From the sequence record NZ_CP035507.1: a stretch of DNA of 64,000 nucleotides, one strand, 5' to 3'. Below, piece by piece: positions 57,105 through 64,000 of the stretch. The notes beneath the pieces are model-generated. The model saw only the letters and a program-made list of their open reading frames with translations. It did not search any database and was not told where the DNA came from. The DNA is from a plasmid. Numbering within the stretch: position 1 is the stretch's first letter; every line of letters starts with the position of its first letter. A program made the translations under genes and the position numbers.

Positions 57105-58252
57105 GGCGCGGCCTCCTGACGGGCCAGGCGCGACAGCTGCGCCAGGATCAGCGCCGCCAGAACGCCCGCGATCACCGCCAGCCACAGGACCGACATGGCG
57201 GATATGTCCAGGGGCGTCGCGCGCAGCGACTGGTCGATGCGCAGCTGCACATACCAGGTGCCGGGAATGGCCGCGCCCCAGGCCTGGGCCAGGGTCGACA
57301 TCGCCTCACGCGGGAAACCCAGGCCCATGAATCCGAAGGCCGGCGCGGTGATCAGCGCGATCATGCTGGCCGCCCGGCCCATGTCGCGGGTCAGCACAAA
57401 GGCCAGCGCCCCGATCATCTGCGACGCCAGCACGAACAGCACCGCGCCCAGGGCCATCAGCCACAGCGACCCGCGCAGCGGCACCGCCAGCCAGCCATAC
57501 AGCGCCACATCCGACAGGCCCAGGATCAGCAGGAAGATCACCGTATAGGGCAGGATCTTGCCCAGCATCGCGGGCAGGATGCCACCCGCCATGCGCATCA
57601 GCACGCGCGGATGCCGCCCCGGCCCGAAATCCAGCGACACGGCATAGGCGGTCGCGGCGGCGGCGATGATCTGCAGGACCGTGGGGATCAGCGCGGCCAG
57701 CAGGAAATGCACATAATCAAAGGCCGGGTTGAACAGCGCATGGGCCTGCATCGGGATGGGCTGCAGCGCGACCATGGCCTGCACGGGCGCCTCTCCCTGA
57801 CCCTGGCGCACCGACAGGCGCAGGCCCGCCAGCGCCGTGTCGATGGCATTGCGGGCGCCGCGGGCGACCAGCGATCCGGCGCTCATGTGCTGGTTGTCGT
57901 AGAAGGTGACGATCTCGGGGCGCGCGCCCCGGGTGATGTCGCGTTCCAGGTTCTGGGGCATCAGCACCGCGCCGCGCACCGCACCGGACACGATCAGCGA
58001 CCGCGCCTCGGACAGGTCTGATGCGCGATGGGTCACGGTCAGTTCGGGCGCCGCGTCCAGCATCCGCGTGACCGCCCGCGACAGGTCCGACCGGTCCAGG
58101 TCGATCACCGCCACCGCCATGCCCGTGGGAATGCCTGCGCGAAAGATGCCGCCCAGGACCAGCAACATGATCAGCGGCAGCACGATCACCAGCCCCGCCA
58201 GCGCCGGGCGGCGCGGCAGCAGGCGGATCTCGCGCGCCATGACGGCCAGCAT
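57101..58252 (-). CDS. ABC-2 family transporter permease (YbhS/YbhR-like)
   Basis: 383 aa. N-terminal TM, large periplasmic loop, C-terminal five TMs. Confidence 0.7.
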   Translation of the reverse strand: MLAVMAREIRLLPRRPALAGLVIVLPLIMLLVLGGIFRAGIPTGMAVAVIDLDRSDLSRAVTRMLDAAPELTVTHRASDLSEARSLIVSGAVRGAVLMPQNLERDITRGARPEIVTFYDNQHMSAGSLVARGARNAIDTALAGLRLSVRQGQGEAPVQAMVALQPIPMQAHALFNPAFDYVHFLLAALIPTVLQIIAAAATAYAVSLDFGPGRHPRVLMRMAGGILPAMLGKILPYTVIFLLILGLSDVALYGWLAVPLRGSLWLMALGAVLFVLASQMIGALAFVLTRDMGRAASMIALITAPAFGFMGLGFPREAMSTLAQAWGAAIPGTWYVQLRIDQSLRATPLDISAMSVLWLAVIAGVLAALILAQLSRLARQEAAP

Positions 58253-58256
58253 GGCC

Positions 58257-59246
58257 CTAGCGGTCCAGCTGGATCAGCGCGGACATGCCGGGGCGCAGAC
58301 CCTCCAGCGGCGCGACGGGCCGGGCCCGCAGCTCGAAGCTGCGCAGGTCGAAATCGCCCGTCGCGCGGGTGGCGCGCCAGCTGGCGAACTGGCCCTGCAC
58401 GTTGATCAGGGTGATCTCGGCCTCGGTCTCCGTGTCCAGCGCGGGGATGCGGATGGTCAGCCGGTCGCCCATCGCCAGCCCCGCCAGCAGGTCCTCGCGC
58501 AGGTTGAAGGTGAACCAGGCCTGATCCAGATCGACGATGGTGAACAGCGGCGCGCCCGGGCCGACATTCTCGCCCAGCTCGATCGTGCGGCCCGAGATCT
58601 CGCCCGACATGGGCGCGAAGATCCGCAATTCGTCCAGATCGGCCTGGCGTTGGGCCAGCGCGGCCTCGGCCTGGGCGACCTGGGCCGCGGCGACCTCGCG
58701 TTCCTCGGGCGAGGCCCCGGCCCGGGCCAGGTCCAGCTGCGCCTCGGCGGCCTCGACCCGGCCTGCGGCGGCGTCGAGGTTGCGCGTCGACTGGTCCAGC
58801 GCCGCCTGCGGGCGCAGGCCCTGCTGCGACAGGCCCGTGTCGCGGCCCAGCTGCTCCTCGGCCAGGCGCAGATCGGCCTGGGCCGCGGCCAGCTCGGCCT
58901 CGCGGGCGCGGATCACCTCGGGGCGGGTGGCGCCGGCCGCGGCCTCCGAGGCGCGGGCGACCTCCAGCCCTGATGCTGCGGCGGCATGGGCGGTGACCAG
59001 CTGCGGGTTCGACAGTTCGGCCAGCAGCTGGCCGCCCTCGACCCGCTGGCCCAGATCGGCCTCGATCCGCGTGACCCGGCCCGAGGTGCGGGCCGAGACA
59101 TCGACCCGCGGGGCCGCGACCTCGCCCTGGATCAGCAGGGGGCCGGGGCGCGTCGCCCACCAGACGGCACCGATGACCAGCCCGGCCAGAACGGCCAGGA
59201 CCAGCAGCGGCAGAAGGGATCGGCGGGGCGCTTGGGCAGGTTTCAT
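58257..59246 (-). CDS. HlyD-family membrane-fusion (periplasmic adaptor) protein
   Basis: TM anchor, long coiled-coil (AELAAAQADLRLAEEQL...), C-terminal beta domain. Start MKPAQAPRR. The alternative start is 59306. Confidence 0.7.
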   Translation of the reverse strand: MKPAQAPRRSLLPLLVLAVLAGLVIGAVWWATRPGPLLIQGEVAAPRVDVSARTSGRVTRIEADLGQRVEGGQLLAELSNPQLVTAHAAAASGLEVARASEAAAGATRPEVIRAREAELAAAQADLRLAEEQLGRDTGLSQQGLRPQAALDQSTRNLDAAAGRVEAAEAQLDLARAGASPEEREVAAAQVAQAEAALAQRQADLDELRIFAPMSGEISGRTIELGENVGPGAPLFTIVDLDQAWFTFNLREDLLAGLAMGDRLTIRIPALDTETEAEITLINVQGQFASWRATRATGDFDLRSFELRARPVAPLEGLRPGMSALIQLDR

Positions 59247-59324
59247 CGGTTCGGTCCCTGACATTCGACTGAGGGCCAGACTACGCCCGGCCCGCGCCGG
59301 GGACAATGAATAGCCCCGGGTTTT

Positions 59325-59792
59325 CTAGACGCCTTCGTGTTTCATCACCTGCCGCCGTTCGAACTCCGCAGGCGACAGCATCCCGTTCCTCGCATGCTTG
59401 CGCTTGGGATTGTAGAACATTTCGATGTAATCGAACACATCCTGCCTTGCCTCTTCGCGTGTCCGGTAGGTTCTGCGCCTGATCCGTTCGCGCTTGAGCA
59501 GGTTGAAGAAGCTCTCGGCGACAGCGTTGTCATGGCAATTCCCGCGGCGGCTCATCGAATGCTCAAGATTGTGGCTACGCAGGAAGGCCGTCCAGTCCAT
59601 GCTTGTGAACTGGCTGCCCTATCGGAGTGGATCAGCACCTTTCTCTTTGGCTTGCGACGCCAGACCGCCATGAGCAAGGCCTGCAAGACGAGATCTGTCG
59701 TTTGCCTGCTTTGCATTGACCAGCCGATCACACGCCGGGAATAGAGGTCGATGACCACCGCCAGATAGGCGAAGCCCTCTTGCATCCGGATG
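59325..59792 (-). pseudogene. IS3-family transposase (OrfB) remnant, frameshifted and truncated by IS copy 2
   Basis: Two out-of-frame pieces: ...[22 protein letters not shown]... and ...RRGNCHDNAVAESFFNLLKRERI...EEARQDVFDYIEMFYNPKRKHARNGMLSPAEFE (integrase-core C-terminus). The 5' part is missing. Confidence 0.7.
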
Positions 59793-60660
59793 TAGGCTCA
59801 GGACCCATTGATCTGCTTGAGGCCGCTCGGCTTGCGTGATTCAAGCTACCGAACTGACGGTGGTGATCATGAGCAACCTTTTCTGGCTGACCGACGAGCA
59901 GATGGAGCGGTTGAAGCCGTTCTTTCCAAAGAGCCATGGCAAGCCGCGGGTCGATGACCGGCGCGTGCTGAGTGGCATAATCTTCATCAACCGCAATGGG
60001 TTAAGATGGTGCGACGTGCCCACTGAGTATGGCCCGCCGAAGACCCTTTACAACCGCTGGAAGCGATGGGGCGATATGGGGGTCTTCGCCCGGATGATGG
60101 AGGGATTGGCCTCAGAAGGCTGCGAGGAGAAGGTCGTCATGATCGACGCGACCTACCTGAAGGCGCACCGCACGGCCTCAAGCCTGCGGGCGAAAAAGGG
60201 GGGCCCGACGATCAACGCGGGCGTCTGATCGGGCGCACAAAGGGCGGGCTGAACACGAAGCTGCATGCTGTGACCGATGCCAGGGGACGGCCCCTGAAGT
60301 TCTTTATGACGGCGGGCCAAGTCAGCGACTACACCGGCGCCGCCGCCCTGCTGGGCAGCCTGCCCGGTGCCGAATGGCTGATTGCCGACCGGGGCTACGA
60401 TGCCGACTGGTTCAGGGAAGCGTTGAAAGACAAGGGGATAAAGCCCTGCATCCCAGGCCGGAAGTCGCGCGGCAAGGCCGTCCGCTACGACAAGCGCCGC
60501 TACAAACGGCGTAATCGCATCGAGATCATGTTCGGCAGGCTCAAGGACTGGCGCCGCGTCGCTACCCGCTACGATAGATGTGCGAAGACCTTCCTCTCCG
60601 CCGTCGCACTGGCCGCAACCGTCTTGTTCTGGCTTTGACGATCAATGAGTCTGGACCCTA
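59793..60660 (+). mobile_element. IS5-family (IS427-group-like) insertion sequence, copy 2 (direct repeat of copy 1)
   Basis: Identical to 54082-54949. TA at both junctions. Interrupts the IS3 remnant on one side and tniA on the other. Confidence 0.85.
59836..60638 (+). CDS. IS5/IS427-group transposase, copy 2 (orfA 59836-60228 plus orfB 60066-60638, -1 frameshift)
   Basis: Identical translations to copy 1. Confidence 0.8.
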
Positions 60661-61535
60661 AGCAGATCGTCGTGGACTCCGCCAAGGAATTTCAGAGCAG
60701 TACCTTTACGAAAGGATGCGCCGACTTCGGGATCACCGTCCGAACCCGGAACAAGGGCACAGTTCACCGAGGTGGGGTTGTCGAGCGCCTCCTTGGAAAA
60801 GTGAACACGGTGCTTCGCTCTCTTCCTGGCAAGACCGGACGGTCGATCGCGGATCGCGGCGACTATTCGTCCGATGAGAGGGCAAGTCTGACCTTCGCGG
60901 CCCTCGAGCGTTGCATCGCCCTGGCAATCGTCGATCACAACCAGACCCAGAACGCGCGCAAGCTGACTGTGCCTCGCCTCGAATGGGAGCTGCGACTTCC
61001 ACCGACGGACCGGCCGATCGATGATCCTGACCAAGTCCTGCTCAACTTTCTCCCCCGCACAACACGCCGCATCTCTCCCCAGGGCGTCAGCCTGTTCGCC
61101 ATCGACTACTTCGAGCAATGGCTTGGGCCTCTCGTCGCCCGCCGTGACCGGTTGCCACCTCTGGATCTATGCTACGACCCCCGGGACATCAGCCGGATCT
61201 ACATCGCCGATCCCGACACGCGGATCTGGCGTCCGGTAAAGCGGCGGGATGGGGTGACCATGCCGGTCACGCTCTGGCAACATGAAGCCGACCGAACGCG
61301 CCAACGCGAGAGCACGCAACTCCCCGTGCAGGACAAGACCATGTTGCGCCGAGAAATCGCGGCAACGGTCGCGGGGGCCAAATCAAAGAAGGCTCACCTG
61401 CGGGAGATGACGCGCGCCCGACACGCCGCAGGCGAGAAAAAACCATATCAGGATGCGGAAACTGGCTCAGGGACGGCCAATCCTGGACCAGAGCCCGACC
61501 GACCCCGCCGCGTCTTTCCCGTGGAGACCTGGTGA
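60661..61535 (+). pseudogene. tniA: tniA (Tn402/Tn5053-type DDE transposase), 5'-truncated by IS copy 2
   Basis: Retains the integrase-core C-terminal portion (...TVHRGGVVERLLGKVNTV...) and the C-terminal domain. No start codon. The reading frame begins inside the IS end. Confidence 0.7.
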
Positions 61536-61536
61536 C

Positions 61537-62418
61537 ATGGTCGAGCATCTCCTTCCGACAACTTCAGCGTTTCTGGAGGCTGATGTTGCCGCCCGCATCG
61601 CGCATATCAGGGCGCCGCGCTGGATCGGTCATCCCGGCGCCTCTGCCGCGCATGTTGCGATGCAACAGTTGCTCGAACGACCCTCGTCCCTGCGCCCTCG
61701 CGGATTGCTGCTCGCCGGCCCCTATCACAACGGCAAGACCATGATCGCCGAACGCTTCGCCGTCGAACATCTGCGCCGTGTTGACCGGCAAAGGGTCTGG
61801 GTCATCCAGACCCGGGAGGGGGCTGGCCTGTCGCACTTCTACGCCAGCATCCTGTCCGGGCTGCGCGCCCCGCAAGCTGCCGGCTGGCGCAGCCTGTCCC
61901 GCGCCAGCGAACAGGTCGATCATCTTCTGGACAGCCTGAAGCCGCGCCTGCTCATCTTCGACGAATTCCACAGTGCGCTGCGCGGACGCCGACAGGATGT
62001 GAAGGCAATCTTCTCGTTCCTGCGGCGGATCGCACGCGTGCATGACATCTCGCCCGTGCTTGTCGGCGAAATCGCCGTCTACGATGCCCTACACGACACC
62101 GAAGAAATGGGCTCGCGGTTCGATACGGTCCCGGTGCCGCGATGGGGTTTTGACGAAGACTTCGCCACGCTTCTCGACAGTCTCGAGGCCAGCATGCCAC
62201 TTGCCCAAGCGTCCAACCTCTCACGACCTCCCCTGGCCAAAATGATCCATGATCTGTCGGAAGGGCTGATTGGCGAGGTGGTCGATATCGTCACCCGGGC
62301 GGCGGTGGCAGCTGTTGAGAGCGGTGAGGAAAGGATCACGTCCACCACCGTCATGGCCCTCGGCTATGTGCCGCTGTCTCGGCGACGGAACTCAGCCTTG
62401 CGTCATTCAATGACATGA
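61537..62418 (+). CDS. tniB: TniB AAA+ transposition ATPase
   Basis: Walker A LLLAGPYHNGKTMIAERF. Walker B LLIFDEFH. The start MVEHLLP comes 1 nt after the tniA stop. Confidence 0.8.
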   Translation: MVEHLLPTTSAFLEADVAARIAHIRAPRWIGHPGASAAHVAMQQLLERPSSLRPRGLLLAGPYHNGKTMIAERFAVEHLRRVDRQRVWVIQTREGAGLSHFYASILSGLRAPQAAGWRSLSRASEQVDHLLDSLKPRLLIFDEFHSALRGRRQDVKAIFSFLRRIARVHDISPVLVGEIAVYDALHDTEEMGSRFDTVPVPRWGFDEDFATLLDSLEASMPLAQASNLSRPPLAKMIHDLSEGLIGEVVDIVTRAAVAAVESGEERITSTTVMALGYVPLSRRRNSALRHSMT

Positions 62419-63416
62419 CCAGCACTGCGCCGAGGATCACCGTCTCCCCGGCCCGCCGCTATAGTTTGGCAGCGGGACGTCGCTGGCCGGTGGAGGTCAG
62501 GCCAGCTCCCGGTGAGCTTTTGTCAAGCTGGCTGCATCGGCTTGCGCATGCCAATGGTGTGCCGCCGCGCTATTTCGGAGCGGTGCTCGGAGTGACCGGC
62601 GAGACATGGTCGGCACAACTTGACCGGCATCTGCCCGATGCTGTTCGTCACTTGCTGTTCGACCATACGGCGATCTGCCCCGACGAGATCGACGGTCTTT
62701 GTCTGGCCAACAGTCCACTCTCGACCCTGCGCTTGCGGCTGCGGACCCGGCCGCAAGATGCAGGGACATCGACGGCGCAGTCCTGTTGGTTGCAGTTCTG
62801 TCCCTCCTGCCTGGGGGAAGACGAGGTGCCCTATTTCCGGCGGAGCTGGACCTTGGCAACCCGCGTGTCCTGCTTTCGCCATGGCTGCCGCTTGCGCGAC
62901 CGTTGCCCGTCTTGTGGGCAGAGCCTTGCGCCATTTCGTCAGGCTCGCCTCGTGCCACAACAGTACTGCGCCTTCTGCGACGCCCCTCTCGCAAAAACGA
63001 CTGGCCCGGCAAGCACGGGCGCCCGGCGCCTCGAGCGGCTGATCGACGATCTGCTGCGCCTTGATTCCGCTGAGCGCGCGCAGGACGACCGGAAGTCTCT
63101 TGCCGTGCAGCTTATGAAACACCCAGTGCCCGTCGGAACGGCGACATCAACGATCCCGTTCTTGTCGCATCGGGTTCGCTACAATTTCTTCCAGCGGTTG
63201 TCAGAGCGGCAGATCGAGGTAAGAGACCCCACAGAACGCGGCCCGCTGACCTTCTGGCTCGGGCTGGCCCGCGCCTCCGAAAACCACAAGGGGTTGGTCG
63301 GGACGCTCAGAGATCGGCTTGGCGAAACTGCCGGGCCGGGGCCGGCCTCCTTCTCCAGAGAGCCTGATCTGGCCGCCTTGCTGCGGGCAGCAATCCGGCT
63401 TCACCAAAGTCGCTGA
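62415..63416 (+). CDS. tniQ: TniQ-family transposition target-selection protein
   Basis: N-terminal TniQ region (W...SWLHRLAHANG) and Cys clusters (CPSC...CPSCGQ, CAFCD). Overlaps the tniB stop by 4 nt. Confidence 0.7.
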   Translation: MTSTAPRITVSPARRYSLAAGRRWPVEVRPAPGELLSSWLHRLAHANGVPPRYFGAVLGVTGETWSAQLDRHLPDAVRHLLFDHTAICPDEIDGLCLANSPLSTLRLRLRTRPQDAGTSTAQSCWLQFCPSCLGEDEVPYFRRSWTLATRVSCFRHGCRLRDRCPSCGQSLAPFRQARLVPQQYCAFCDAPLAKTTGPASTGARRLERLIDDLLRLDSAERAQDDRKSLAVQLMKHPVPVGTATSTIPFLSHRVRYNFFQRLSERQIEVRDPTERGPLTFWLGLARASENHKGLVGTLRDRLGETAGPGPASFSREPDLAALLRAAIRLHQSR

Positions 63417-63442
63417 TTTCCTGCTGAAGCCTGGCCGGTCGC

Positions 63443-63976
63443 CTAACCTTCCATGGCCCCCGATGGGCCTGCCAGGCCTGCATCGTCCAATTGCTCGGGG
63501 TCTGGCAGGTCGCGCAAGGACTCCATCCCGAAGGCAGCCAAGAACGCCTCGGTGGTGACGAAGGTATGAGGCGCGCCACGGCGGGGTTCGCGAGGGCCGG
63601 TGCCGATCAGGTCCCGCTCGGCAAGTCGGCCGATCAGGTCACGGCTGATCTCTTTTCCGAAGATGTCCTTCAACCCGTCGCGGCTGATCGGCTGGTGATA
63701 CGCAATCGCCGCCAGCACGGCCAGATCGTATTCCGACAGGTTCAGCGCTTGGCCGTCCACATCCGCCGCGGCGCGAATCGCTGGGGCATAGGCCGCGCGC
63801 GTGCGCAGCATCCACGCCTTTCCCACCTGTGCCACCTCATAGGGTCGGCCTTCCAGATCCACTGCCAGATCCTCGATCAACAGATCGACTGAGGCCCCCT
63901 GCCCCACGACCCGCGCCAGATCCTCGCGCGCCACCGGGGTCGTGCTTGCGAACAGCACCGCCTCGATCCGACGCAT
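63443..63976 (-). CDS. scpB: Segregation and condensation protein B (ScpB)
   Basis: IEAVLFAS...LAVLAAIAYHQPISRDGLKDIFG... is a typical ScpB winged-helix pair. 177 aa. A gene (likely scpA) continues upstream beyond the window end. Confidence 0.75.
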   Translation of the reverse strand: MRRIEAVLFASTTPVAREDLARVVGQGASVDLLIEDLAVDLEGRPYEVAQVGKAWMLRTRAAYAPAIRAAADVDGQALNLSEYDLAVLAAIAYHQPISRDGLKDIFGKEISRDLIGRLAERDLIGTGPREPRRGAPHTFVTTEAFLAAFGMESLRDLPDPEQLDDAGLAGPSGAMEG

Positions 63977-64000
63977 CCATTCCCGCCAGCGCAGCTCAGG

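Noticed and set aside
1-64000. CRISPR arrays, rRNA or tRNA genes (possible ICE attachment-site tRNA)
   Set aside because: No regularly spaced short direct repeats and no tRNA-like T-arm/acceptor signatures (for example GGTTCGAATCC) were found in any intergenic gap by eye. None is called. A tRNAscan or Infernal run would be needed to exclude them fully.

Overview
This is a high-GC (about 63-66%) alphaproteobacterial-type mobile region. It looks like an ICE or conjugative-plasmid backbone carrying two defence cargo loci, with a mosaic, IS-scrambled right end.

(1) Backbone, 1-10 kb. RES-Xre toxin-antitoxin pair; an about 1450 aa methylase/helicase of the strawberry-notch type; a DUF7146-toprim protein; a DUF2493 protein; a WGR-domain protein.

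(2) Defence operon, 10.0-28.35 kb. Six tightly coupled plus-strand genes: a WYL/BrxR-like regulator, an SNF2 helicase, a giant PglX/DrmMI-like N6-adenine methyltransferase, an HEXXH (ImmA/IrrE-like) metallopeptidase, a 2133 aa DExH helicase with multiple CxxC zinc ribbons (DUF1998-like), and a UvrD-like helicase with an N-terminal RelE/ParE-fold domain. It resembles class 1 DISARM but its composition is non-canonical. It is the best candidate in this window for a previously undescribed system variant.

(3) 28.4-31.3 kb. Class II Fic protein, small ORFs, ParA.

(4) 31.3-36.8 kb. Repeat-rich oriT candidate, mobC, MOBQ-type relaxase, VirD4 coupling protein.

(5) 36.9-39.6 kb. Lower-GC SPARDA-type short prokaryotic Argonaute locus (DREN/DUF4365-APAZ plus an inactive MID-PIWI short pAgo).

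(6) 39.8-51.2 kb. Complete minus-strand VirB-type T4SS (VirB1-B11 plus lipoprotein), including a VirB5 paralogue that carries an inserted lytic-transglycosylase domain.

(7) 51.4-54 kb. Second class II Fic protein and small secreted proteins.

(8) 54.1-60.7 kb. Two identical IS5/IS427-group IS copies in direct orientation bracket a 4.8 kb scrambled segment. The segment holds an orphan antitoxin 3' fragment, a PIN toxin gene reading into a membrane-protein fragment, two ABC-2 permeases plus an HlyD adaptor without an ATPase, and an IS3 remnant.

(9) 60.7-63.4 kb. Tn402/Tn5053-like tniA (5'-truncated by the IS), tniB and tniQ.

(10) scpB at the window end.

No rRNA, tRNA or CRISPR array was recognised. 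All domain calls rest on motifs read by eye from the supplied translations. No HMM or BLAST search was run.
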